From positions 76,632,001-76,696,000 of the forward strand of contig NC_042998.1 of the NCBI RefSeq assembly GCF_006345805.1: DNA of 64,000 bases. Direction: 5' to 3'. Shown here in pieces: positions 24,531 through 36,772 of the stretch (position 1 is its first letter; the number at the start of each line of letters is the position of its first letter). The position numbers were made by a program, and so were the translations under genes. The notes under the pieces were generated by a model, which saw only the letters and a list, made by a program, of their open reading frames with translations, had not been told where the DNA came from and ran no database searches. Source of the stretch: Octopus sinensis. Lineage: Eukaryota.

Positions 24531-24535
<5 letters not shown>
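24021..24535. mobile_element. MITE-like fold-back element in (TA)n
   Basis: 24021-24070 pairs with 24484-24533 and 24155-24280 pairs with 24352-24474; the left arm has an extra ~85 bp. Confidence 0.7.
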
Positions 24536-24618
<83 letters not shown>

Positions 24619-24954
24619 GTGTGTGTTTGCGTATGTATGTATGTATGTATGTATTTGTATATCTGATAAGTTTCCGCATAGTTTTTACGTAGCAATTACA
24701 TTAAGCATGTCAGTCTAATCATGTGTTATTTATTTTATAATCGGCGTTATGGCGTTTTCTATATGAAACTTGCATCCCTTCATGGATTTTTTAAAGGTAT
24801 TTCACTGTATTTCTGGTGCGTTAATTATCTCATCGTATTTATGGTATGTTAATTATTTCATCGTATTTGAGGTGCCGTGTGAGTGCGCGCGCGCGCGCGC
24901 GTGTGTGTGCATCTAACTACTTCCCTCTCCCACTCTGCCTTTGTATAAGCGTAG

Positions 24955-25100
24955 ACGTGGCTGTGTGGTAAGAAACTTGCTTCCCAACAACATGGTACCG
25001 GGTTCAGTCCTGCTGCGCTGCACCTTAGGTATGTGTCTTTTACTATAACCTCGAGCCAACCGGAGCTTTGGTAGACGGAAACTCAAAGAAGCCTGTCGTA
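24955..25100 (+). mobile_element. SINE family B, 5' half, interrupted
   Basis: gtggctgtgtggtaagaaacttgcttccc...gggttcagtcc...gtagacggaaactcaaagaagcctgtcgta. Confidence 0.8.
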
Positions 25101-25630
25101 AATGTAAACTTCTTTTGATCAAGGTATCTTTAGCCCGAGGAGTAGCTAGCGGATTACCTCTCGTTTGGATGATTACTACTATCTATGAACCCAAACATAT
25201 GTAGCCTGGATATCAGGCTACATATCATCCGAACGTGGGTTAATCCCCTACCTACTCCTCGGGCTAAAGGTACCTTAATCAAAAGAAGTCTTCATTGTCG
25301 TCAAGGGATTCCATATTGATCTGCATGAGATTCGATTGCAAATGCGTGGAATTCATACAGATTGGGAAGAAAAGTATATTAGTGAAGAAATAAGCCACTC
25401 CACTCCCAAATATTACTGCTTCACTACTATGCTTTTTTCAGTTTCTATGTCTCCTACGCATTCCCAATTGATTCTCCTGCGTGTCAAAATGGGATTCCTT
25501 GACGACAATGTAAACCTCTTTTGATTAAGGTATTTTTGACTCGACGAATAGCTAGCATATAATCTCTCGTTTGAATAATTACCACTTTCCAGGTTCTGCC
25601 AGCTATGAAACATATGTAGCCTGGATTTTA
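25101..25630. repeat. Compound (nested) palindrome inside a ~770-bp insertion
   Basis: 25101-25210 pairs with 25212-25296; 25205-25395 pairs, more diverged, with 25405-25630. Confidence 0.65.
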
Positions 25631-25894
25631 TCTACTCCATTCCTTAATTTTAGATTTCTATTAGCATAGACAGCAGCGCCTGCTGCTAACCTTAACCTAT
25701 AAAATAATTTTTTCAGCTTATCGAACTTCGATACGGAAAAAATATACAACCTTTGACGTCAAAAACCCAACTATTGTTCCTGAATGTTGTTTTTTTTATA
25801 CGTTGTATGGACTGCTTGAAGCTTACTATCTCCCTATATCTTGATCCGTAGATCTTACCTTTACACAACACACACACACACACATGTGTGTGTG

Positions 25895-26090
25895 TGTATG
25901 TGTACCACTGATTGACAACCAGTGTCGGTGTGTTTATGTTCTTGTAACTTAGCGATTCGGCAAAGGAGTCTGATAGGATAAGTACCAAGTTTAAAATAAT
26001 GTACTGGGAGTCGATTCATTCGACCCCAAATTCTGCAAGACGGTGCCCCAGTCTGGCCGCAGTCTCACCACTGAAAGAAGTTAAAGGTAA
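25895..26090 (+). mobile_element. SINE family B, 3' half (continuation of 24955-25100)
   Basis: gattgacaaccagtgtcggtgtgttta...gtaacttagcgattcggcaaa...ggtgccccagtctggccgcagtc. Confidence 0.75.
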
Positions 26091-26159
26091 GTATATACAT
26101 ACATACATAGATGTTTGTATCTGTTTCGTTACTACATACATACATACATACATAATACA

Positions 26160-26229
<70 letters not shown>

Positions 26230-26664
26230 GACCTTAAAAATGTAAACTGCAATTTAGTAATTGAAGATAATCCGGTAGAAATGATCTGTGTATTATTAAA
26301 ATGTTTTACATCATATTGTAATGTATTGAGTTGTTTTTTGTCTAAACGGCCTTAACATTTAGAATAAGATAAAAACACACACACATAAACACACATTTAC
26401 ACCTTTTCACCTGGCTTCAAAATATCTTATTGAATATGATACAAAAATTTTACAAGTTTTTGAGAAAATTCATCACCATTTATCTTGTAATTAAAATATA
26501 AAGAAATAATAAAAAATATATATAATTAGAAAGGAAATTTAACTCAAACGAATGAGCATAAATATTTCGTAAGTTTAGAGTATTGATACTGCATGTATAA
26601 AATTGTGTATATATCAAATATTGCAATTTAACTTCATGTTTTCAAAATCATATTATGTTACTAA

Positions 26665-26960
26665 AATTGCTAAAAATGGCCCACTGGTTAGGGCAGCGGA
26701 CTCGCGGTATCAATTACCAGACCGAACGTTGTTTGTGTTTATTGAGCGAAAACGCCTAAAGCTGCACGAAGCTCCGGCAGAGGGTGGTGGCGACCCCTCT
26801 TGTACTCTTTCGCCCTAACTTTCTCTCACTCTTTCTTCCTGTTCCTTGAGTAACGCTGTGATGGACTGGCGTCCCCTCCAGCTGGGGGGAAAACATACGC
26901 CACAGAAACCGGGAAACCGGGCCCATGAGCCTGGCTAGGCTTGAAAAGAGCGCATATAAT
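26665..26960 (+). mobile_element. Family C SINE variant with altered 5' half
   Basis: gagtaacgctgtgatggactggcgtcccctccagctggggg...gaaaccgggcccatgagcctggctaggc matches the reverse complement of 21655-21750. Confidence 0.7.
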
Positions 26961-27002
26961 ATATAAATATAAAATTGCCAAAAAAATATAATAGAACTGC
27001 CA

Positions 27003-27072
<70 letters not shown>

Positions 27073-27119
27073 AACTACTTTCTACTATACACCCATGTCC
27101 TGAAACTTTTAGAGGGGTG

Positions 27120-27421
27120 ATCATAGCGTTACGTCAACCTCAGGGCGCAGCAGGTACTTATTTCATCGAACCCGAAATATTAATAATCCTTTCTACAATA
27201 GGCACAAGGCCCGGCAATTGGGTGAGGGGGACAGTCGATTACATCGATCCTAGTACACAAATGATACTTACTTTATCGACTCCGAAAGGATGAAAGGCAA
27301 AGTCGACACCCAGTGGTATTTGAACTCAGAACGTAAAGACAGACGAAATGCCGCTAAGCATTTCGCCCGGTGTGCCAGCTCACCGCCTTCAATAATAATA
27401 ATAACAATAATAATAATAATG

Positions 27422-27484
<63 letters not shown>

Positions 27485-27670
27485 TTAATAATAATAATAA
27501 CAATAATAATAGCTTCAATTTTTTTCCACGAGGGCAGCAATGGGGGAGAGGATGAGTCGATTACAACGACCCCAGTGTTCAACTGGTACTTGATTTATCG
27601 ACTCCGAAAGGATGAAAGGCAACTCAACCTCGGTGGAATTTGAACTCAGAACATAGCGACGGGCGAAATT
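27120..27670 (-). mobile_element. Cluster of three family A SINE pieces within (TAC)n/(AAT)n arrays
   Basis: Pieces near 27120-27180, 27185-27390 (near full) and 27520-27670. Confidence 0.8.
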
Positions 27671-27674
27671 CAAT

Positions 27675-27763
<89 letters not shown>

Positions 27764-27791
27764 GATAATAATAATAATAATAATAATAATG

Positions 27792-27822
<31 letters not shown>

Positions 27823-27965
27823 TAATAATAATAATAATAATAATAATTTAAGAAGAATGCATTAGAACCACAAGGTCCAAGGTTCAGTCCAACAGTATGG
27901 CACTTTGGGCAATAACAATAATTAATTCATTCGTTTTAATCATAATGATAATGCTGTCTAGATTT

Positions 27966-27998
<33 letters not shown>

Positions 27999-28628
27999 CT
28001 AAAACATTGTTGCAATCCTTATCATTGGAACTGGGATAAAAACCACGTCGAAAAGTAACGCATCGATTTTAGAAAAATCTTGTACACTTTTACTGCTTCG
28101 CTTACTGATTGTATTTTTAAAGTTAATGCTAAATGATCACATTCTTCCCTTAAAACCCTGACTTTTCGAGGATGCCACTTAGATTTTATTTACATAGGCA
28201 AGTGCACTGATATGCATAACGTGAATTATAATTTGGGTAACGAAGCAATGGGATTCGAAACAGTTGTCCTTAAACTTTCTCAATTCTTATTAAGTTTAAA
28301 AAAAAGAAATGTTCATATTTGTAGGGTAGATAAATGTTCTTTACAATCCCAAGTAAGTATATAAGGCACCTCTTATATCTGTATTCGGTACAAGATTCGC
28401 TGGGTTTCTTCTGTTAATATTTCTTCTGTTGACACGTATGTATTCAACAACAGAAGTATTTTCTTCATCACAGGGTCACCTTTCATGCGATGACATAGTT
28501 TATTGTTTTAGCAGCAACATCGAGCCACATTAAAAGGTAGCAACTTAATGACATTTTAGAACAGCTACTGCTGACATATGTAGTAAGTTCCGCAGAAATG
28601 TGACGTAATCGACATCTTCAGTCACTAC

Positions 28629-28712
28629 TTGGGGCTTTATAGATTTCACTGTTCTTCTCTATTAGGTATTTTGGGGCTTTATAGGTTTCACTGTTCTTCT
28701 CTATTAGGTATT
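28629..28712. repeat. 42-bp tandem duplication, 1 mismatch
   Basis: ttggggctttatag[a/g]tttcactgttcttctctattaggtatt twice. Confidence 0.9.
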
Positions 28713-29833
28713 TTGCAACAATCACCTTCCCATGGACTGCAAAAACACAAAAACATAACCTTCGAAATGTGACGTGATATAACGTCCGCATGACCAAGAG
28801 CCGTTTATTTCCTATCAATGATAGTATCATCCTTAAATTTATGGGAAATTTACATATGATTAACAAATTATTTTCGGTGTGCAGAGTGTATACCACTCAG
28901 TTATGGGGCTAACTTTTCTTAACATTGAAGAGATAAAAAGAACAACAAAAAATTTTAGTGCGTTTTTCATTGATGATATACGCTAAGCTACTAAATCTAG
29001 AGTCGCATGGAAAGCATTTGAGAAGTAATTCTTGAGAGGCTCATAATCCCTAAGATATTGGTCACTTCCTTTTGAGCGGTTAGTTGATGTATTTATTTTT
29101 GCTGCTGTTGTATCAACACACACCAAACATATATAGCGCATAAAAACGTTATACATGCCAGCTGCTACGCAGAGGAACGGAAGTTAGCTATGTATGGTCC
29201 ATTGCCGGACATATTTACTTGTCAGCCGCTGTTGAGATTCGGACTTCAATCTTTTGCTATTCTCTGTCAAATTGTGACGAACGTGCTACACATGAGAAAG
29301 AAATCCAATACTCTGATGCAATGAATATCGTTTTTTTTCTTTGCTGCAAAGGTTTTTTTTCTATACCTTTGGCGGGGCGTGAGTGAGATAAAATATTCAA
29401 CAAACAAGATATACAATTTGTTTATATCAAGAAAGCATTTTATTACATATTTTCGCAGAGTAATAAATAATCTAGTATTTACAAAATATCTTAAAAATAT
29501 GAGTTTGCATTTGGAGTTTGAAGGGTTGCAAAAGAGAGCTATAATATATACGGGGTATACATACAATATAATATAATATAATATTATATCATATTGTATA
29601 TGTATATACATGTTAGAGATAATGAAGTAAAAAGAGGAAGGCATAGACAGAGAGACAAATACGGATTTATCAAAAGAGAGTTTATGCTGACAGTCATTTT
29701 ACGTCTTAAGCAGTAAAATAGTAAAAATAAATAACTGCATAAACGCTGGTGTGTCCATTTGTCAATTCGGCGATGATATATGTGAAATACCATTTTCTTT
29801 ATTTGTCGCATTAGATTCTAAAACAAGAATATG

Positions 29834-29880
<47 letters not shown>

Positions 29881-29884
29881 TATA

Positions 29885-29945
<61 letters not shown>

Positions 29946-29954
29946 GATAAATAA

Positions 29955-30095
29955 ATAGGCGTGGCTGTGTGGTAAAGTTTGCTTCCCAACCGCTGGGTTC
30001 CTGATCAGTCCCACTGCATGTCACTCTGGGCAAGTAACTTCTGTTCAACCTCGGGCGGACCAAAGCTTCTTTGGTAGTAGACAGGAACTGAAAGT
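29955..30095 (+). mobile_element. SINE family B, head fragment
   Basis: ggcgtggctgtgtggtaaagtttgcttcccaacc...cctcgggcggaccaaagc. Confidence 0.75.
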
Positions 30096-30104
30096 ATATA
30101 ATAA

Positions 30105-30295
30105 TAATGGTTTCAAATTTTGTCACAAGGACAGCAGTTTTAGGGAAGGAGATGAGTCGATTACATGCTCAACTCCGAAAGAATGAAATGCAAAGTCGAC
30201 CTCGGCGGAATTTAAACTCAGAACGTAGCGACAGACGAAATATCGCTAAGCATTTCTCCCGGTGTGCTAACGATTTTGTCAGCTCGCCGCCTTAA
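30105..30295 (-). mobile_element. SINE family A
   Basis: gtcgacctcggcggaatttaaactcagaacg...gctcgccgcctt. Confidence 0.8.
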
Positions 30296-30439
30296 TAATG
30301 ATTTCTTTATTAACCACAAAGGGTTTACATTAAAAAAAAACCCATTGTGGATAGCACAAGACAAGCAGTATATGGGATTACATGAACGTCGTGTAAACAG
30401 TGAAAGACAATGGAATATAACAACAAAATTCCCCCAAAA

Positions 30440-30512
30440 GAGAGAAATCTCCTAGGACTGTTCGTGGAAACCACACAAATACACGGCTGTCCTGACATCA
30501 GGCTCGCCACCT

Positions 30513-30574
<62 letters not shown>

Positions 30575-30704
30575 ATAATAATAATAATAATAATAATGAT
30601 GATAATAATAATATTTTTTACTGGAAGCACAAGGCTTCAAATTGTTAGGACTGTTCGTGGAAACCACACAAATACACGGCTGTCCTGACATCAGGCTCAC
30701 CACC

Positions 30705-30761
<57 letters not shown>

Positions 30762-30790
30762 TTTTTTACTGGAAGGACAAGGCTTCAAAT
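30440..30790. repeat. Tandem duplication of a unit containing a microsatellite
   Basis: taggactgttcgtggaaaccacac...caggctc.ccacctta-(microsatellite)-atattttttactggaag.acaaggcttcaaatt twice. Confidence 0.85.
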
Positions 30791-30973
30791 TTTGGGGGAA
30801 GGGATTAAGTCGATTACATCAACCCCAGTGCGTAACTGGTACTTATTTAATCGACCTCGAAAGGACGAAGGGCACAGTCGACCTCGGCGGAATTTGAACT
30901 CAGAACGTAGCGTCAGACGAAATTGCGCTAAGCATTTCGCCGGCGTGCTAACGATATTGACAGCTCGCCGCCT

Positions 30974-30975
<2 letters not shown>
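30760..30975 (-). mobile_element. SINE family A, full length
   Basis: Head, core and tail present; followed by a (TAC)/(TGC) array. Confidence 0.85.
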
Positions 30976-31062
<87 letters not shown>

Positions 31063-31086
31063 TTGCTGCTGTTGCTGCTGCTGCTG

Positions 31087-31122
<36 letters not shown>

Positions 31123-31146
31123 ATACTACTACTACTGCTGCTACTG

Positions 31147-31177
<31 letters not shown>

Positions 31178-31179
31178 AA

Positions 31180-31690
31180 GTATGGACTTGACAGAGCAAA
31201 CAATTGGTACGACTACAAACCTGAAGGCATTCTCGAAAATAGAAATGCAAAGATACTATGGGATTTCATGATTCAGTGCGACCATGAGATTGAGAACAGG
31301 AAACTGGACAGTCTTAATTAAGAAAGAAAACAAACTACGCGGCATCATAGACATAGCATGCCCCGCTGACAACAAGGTATGCGATAAGGAAGAAAGAAAA
31401 GTCGAGAGATATGACAGGTTAGCTTGGGAAGTTAAGCAGTTGTGGTCGATGAAAAAGGTAGCAGTAGTACCAATAATTGTCGGAGCCCTGAGAACAGTGA
31501 GCAAAAATCTCGAGAAGTACGAACAAATAGGGGCTGCAATAAGGATGGAGCACTTGCAGAACACAGCACTGCTTGGAACCGCTCGAACACTCAGGAAGGT
31601 GCTCGAAAAATAAGAGGTGTTACCTTAGTTCACTGTTAGTGAACAGCTGACACTGTAGTACATCTGAAGCGTTAGAAGCTGTGCAAAGAC
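31180..31690 (+). mobile_element. RLE-type LINE 3' end (second family) with (AAC/AAT)n tail
   Basis: NWYDYKPEGILENRNAKILWDFMIQCDHEIENRK...IDIACPAD...EERKVERYDRLAWEVKQLW...VVPIIVGAL...LLGTARTLRKVLEK*. Confidence 0.85.
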
Positions 31691-31715
31691 AACAACAATA
31701 ACAATAACAACAATA

Positions 31716-31798
<83 letters not shown>

Positions 31799-31844
31799 TG
31801 ATAAGAAGCCAACTTGTACAAATATAAAGCAAAAGTCAAACATA

Positions 31845-32330
31845 GAATTATAATAATGTCTTGATATAAAAGATAGCTACAGTAAATATTCTGCTCAATA
31901 CCACAGATTTGCTTGTCAGTTGTTTGACTTTAACCAGTTAAGCATGTCCCTTAGTGGCTGACGATATGTGCATCTCTGATCACGAGCAGAAGTATTATGG
32001 GAGCATCATAGCCATGTGTTGAGAGGGATTCTTTGGAGTTTGAATAACTCACCTCTGAAAACATGGGTGGTTCGTTCAACATCCTTAAACAACCCTTATT
32101 CAGGAACTTTTTGAGCGGGATGGTTTACTCGACCACAAGAAAATTCTAACTGGGCCCCACCTGCAAGGTCATGCGCTGTTTATCTTGATATGAGATCACC
32201 ATGTCGCGCACATATGGTTGCGAAGTATGTGCCTAGTGTATCGTTATCAAACGGGTAGTCATGATGAGTATACTGGGCTTCGTATATTTTACCCCAGTGT
32301 TACTTTGATGGCATGCACTGCTCCCTCACT
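31845..32330 (+). mobile_element. ~500-bp dispersed repeat ending in (AAT)n, copy 1; probable 3' region of an (AAT)n-targeting LINE
   Basis: Near-identical to 32402-32805 and 45303-45840; fixed right end ctcact/cc|aataat, variable left end. Confidence 0.7.
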
Positions 32331-32401
32331 CAATAATAATAATAATAATAACAACAACAACGACAACAATAATAATAATACTAATAATAATGATAATAAT
32401 A

Positions 32402-32805
32402 AATGACCAAATGCAGTACCAGGCAGTGGCTCTCATGGCTTCTGATCTCAACTGATTGGAAGTGTTATCCATGTACATTGTTTTGTCTTGGTATAAAAGA
32501 TGGGCTACAGCAAATATTCTGCTGAATACCACAGATTTGCTTGTCAGTTGTTTGACCTTAACCAGTTGAGCATGTCCCTTAGTGGCTGAAGATATGTTCA
32601 TCTCTGATCACAAGCAGAAGTAATGGGGGAGCATCATGGCCATGTGTTGAGAGGGATTCTTTGGGGTTTGAATAATTCACCTTTGGAAACATTGGTGTTT
32701 TGTTCAACATCCTTAAACAACCCTTATTCAGAGACCTTTTGAGTGGGATTGGTTACTCGACAAGAAGAAAATTCTAACTGGGCCCCACCTGCCAGGTCAT
32801 GTGCA
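32402..32805 (+). mobile_element. Same ~500-bp repeat, copy 2, 3' incomplete
   Basis: Shares gtataaaagatgggctacagcaaatattctgct...ctaactgggccccacctg. Confidence 0.75.
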
Positions 32806-32889
32806 ATTACATGGTACAAATAACCAAATGCAAAATGCAGTACAAATAAGTGAAGGTAGTGCAGCTGTGGTAGAAAATTGTAAAAAGAG

Positions 32890-33023
32890 GTGAAGGCGTG
32901 ATTCCCAGCCACATGGTTCCGGATATAGCCCTGATGCGTAGCACCTTAGGTTAGTGTCTTCTACTATAGTCTCGGGCCGACCAAAGCGGATTTGACAGAC
33001 GGAAACTGAAAGAAGTCCGTCGC

Positions 33024-33067
<44 letters not shown>

Positions 33068-33290
33068 GTGTGTGTATGTGTGTGTGTGTATATGTGTGTG
33101 TGCCATCGCTGCTTGCCAACCGGTGCTGGTTTGTTTAAGTTCCCGTAAATTAGAAGCTCGACAAAAGAGCCCGACAGATTAAGTATCAGGCTTAAAATAT
33201 AAAGTCCTGGCGTCGATTTGTTCGCCTACAAATTCTTCAAGGCGGTGCTTAAGTATGGTCGCAGTCTAATGATTGAAGCAATAAAAAGAT
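32890..33290 (+). mobile_element. SINE family B, near full length with central (TA)/(TG) microsatellite
   Basis: Head 32890-33025, microsatellite, tail 33100-33290. Confidence 0.8.
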
Positions 33291-33663
33291 ATATTGTAAA
33301 ATATTAAAGACTAGAATAAGAATAATAAGCAAGTGTTTAAATGTTACGCTGTGTCTAGGTATATGTGTGTGTGTGTGGTGTGTGTGTGTGTGTGTGTCTA
33401 TGCAGCATGTTCTTATAGATTTGTGGGGGGAGTTTGGTTTATGTGGGTGTGTCCATGTGTGAATATATGCGTGTTAATATGTTAATAGGTGTTTGTATAT
33501 AGTGCTGGGTGGAGTTAGGAGCGAATGTTGAACTGCGTAGGCTTTTGTGTCTTTCTCTCTGTCTCTGTTTGCTTGTCAGTTTGTATATATATATATATAT
33601 ATATAATATATAGATATATATATATATATATACACACATAGAAAGAAAGAGATATCATATATA

Positions 33664-33729
<66 letters not shown>

Positions 33730-34127
33730 ATATATATATATATATATATACCTATCATACATACATATACTTACACACATGCATGTTTACATGTGTATGT
33801 GGCAATTTGTTTTGCTAAAAGTGTCTAGATGAATGAGTACGTTGGCAAGAATTTGCGTTGATGTTTACGTATGCATGCATGCCTTCCTGTAATCGTGTAA
33901 AATAAGAACTGCTTGTGTACGTGGGTAGATGCATATACAGTGGCTGTGAGTGCAGTTCTTGGAAGATCTTGGGCAATGTGCTTTCGTAGAATTATGTGGA
34001 GAGTATGGGTGATTATTAGGGTGAGTGGGCGAACGTCAATGCGTTTTAGTGGAGGTCAAGTTTCTGTGTTTACGTGTGTGTATATGGTGCGTGTATATAT
34101 ATACATATATATATATATATATAATAT

Positions 34128-34173
<46 letters not shown>

Positions 34174-34209
34174 ATATATATATATATATATCTATATATA
34201 TTCTGTTAT

Positions 34210-34560
34210 TCTGTTACTTGTTTCGCCACTTGACTGCAGCCATGCTGGAGCACCGCCTTTCGTTGGGCAAACCGACCACAGGATTTATTCTCTGTAAGCC
34301 TAGTACTTATTCTATCGTGTTGCTTGCGTAACCGCTAAGTTACGGGGGCGTAAACACACTAGCACAGACACAGACACACAAACACAAACACACACACATA
34401 CACACACATACATACACACACATATATACGACGAGGTTATTTCAGTTTCTTTCAGATACACTCACAAGATTTTGGTTGGCCCGAGGGTATAGTAGAAGAC
34501 ACTGAACCCGGCACCATGTGGTTAAGCAAGCTATTTACCACACAGCCAGTCCTGCGCCTA
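34210..34560 (-). mobile_element. SINE family B
   Basis: Tail 34210-34380, (CA)n, head 34430-34558. Confidence 0.8.
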
Positions 34561-34729
34561 TGTATATGTATATATATGGGTCTCTCTCTCTCTCTATATA
34601 TATATATGCATATAAATATATGGGTGCAGATGTACGTACATATTTTTGCATCTGTATGCATGTTTGTACATATATATATATATATGCATGTTTGTACATA
34701 TATATATATATATAGATATGTGTGTGTGT

Positions 34730-34815
<86 letters not shown>

Positions 34816-36737
34816 TATATATATATATATATATATATACACCTCTTCTTTCCATATATATGTGTATATATATATAATATATATCTTATATACACTTATG
34901 CACACACACACACTCACGCACACATATCTATATGTATATGCATGTGTATATTATATCTATATATATATAGATATAATATAGAAATATATAATATCACAGA
35001 ATATATCACAGAATTAGCAGTTAAACGATATAACGTGACTTTTTGTTTTTTTGTGTTTTTTCCATTCTGATACTTCCTTTCTATTTTTGTTTATTTGTTT
35101 TATCCTTTCTCGTGCTTGTTTTCCTTTATTTACTAAATACATCCATATACATCTGTAATATAATACTGCAGTCGAATGTAAGCATTTTAAAACAGTGAAT
35201 ACATTTGCTTATGTAGTCCGTCGTACACTATCCATGGAAAAATCCAAGACAACCCATCTTTCGTATACGTTTGATAATAAGCTTGCTTAACCAAGAAGCC
35301 TACTAAACAAGAATCATAATGCGAAACCTTCATTGCCTCATATATTTCTATTAACTCACATATCATTAACATAATATTTCAACGACTTTAGAATTTTGTT
35401 TGCATCACGTATCCCACACCCACATTCAGTTTGATGGAATGTATCAATCATATTTTTTATCTTATAATTTTTCTTTTGAATCTGGAGATTTTAAATAACT
35501 AAGAAAGTTTCAATTAACACATCTAAAAAGTTGCCGACATCACATATATTTTTCACAAAATAGTTATCGTTTGTTAATTTTTTAAACTGATACAAACAAA
35601 AATGCTATGTTAATATCATTTTACTTCAGTTTCTGTTGGAAATGCGTGGAGAAGTTATTGATTGCTCCTCGTCTTTGTCGACTTGCAAGTTGATATATAA
35701 TGTTGGTAAAGGAATTCGTTTTAACAAAAAGAATTTGTTATGATATTTTAAAGTCCTTACAAAATTTTATTTTTCAGTAGCCAGCTTTTTATTGTATAAA
35801 ATCATCATAGGCAAGCCCTGTTATTCCATCGAATTAGACAATACGAGCATGTTGTACAAATTGCCCTGAAGAATAATTATGGGTAGAATCGTTAAAAAAG
35901 GTCAAACGACTGTGCTCATAGAAGTTTACCATTTTAGTATGAGTTTTCATGGAACTCATTTGTTTCAGACAACTTTGTAGAATGTTATACAGATATAGAA
36001 AATGATTATTACATAGATATAGAAAATGGTATAAACTGTCGATTATACAATAACACAGTTTTCATACTTTTCATAATTCTCTTTGGAAAATCAATAAACA
36101 TTTAATTTTTAATAATCTGTTTTGTATGGGATTTTGCTTTGTTGAATTGGGTCTTTGATATTTTTGCACGGAATGAATGAGTTTTCCTTGTTAAAGTATT
36201 CCATAAACTTTTACTATAACGATAATATTATGCAAATGTTGTTTCTTGCAAGTTGATTTAGATTTTTCCTTGAAATCTCATAAAATAAAATATTTTAGAA
36301 ATATAATGTATTAACGAAAATAAATATATATTATATATTACATAGATAAATAATACGCTTTAAATAATGGATGCATTATGATAATTTTAAATTTAGATGT
36401 GATATTTAAAAAAAAATTGTCCAGTAATATATTATTATATATGATTTCTCTCTATATCCCCATGAGTGTAAATCTAGATGTGATGGGTGAATATAAATAA
36501 CGCGTTTGAATTCAGAATGCTAGGAATAATCAAAAAAACATTTAATTCAATAAAAATACCATTTGATGCTGTTTTATCTGTCTCGCTGTCTTCAATGCCT
36601 GTTTCCCTCCTCATTTACCTCGTCTCTGTTGAACTCAGTCTCTCCATCTTTCTGTTTCTATAGATTTATTACCTCTTAATTCATATACATACATGCATAC
36701 ATACATGTATGCATATATATATATATATATATATATG

Positions 36738-36772
<35 letters not shown>

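Noticed and set aside
28629-28712. Short direct repeats as a CRISPR array
   Set aside because: Eukaryotic context; the repeats are adjacent with no unique spacers.
27990-28900. Possible decayed transposase around the 42-bp duplication
   Set aside because: The peptide repeat is explained by the DNA duplication; no family motif was recognised.
35180-36300. AT-rich region with transposase-like peptide fragments
   Set aside because: No catalytic motif set or termini could be assigned.
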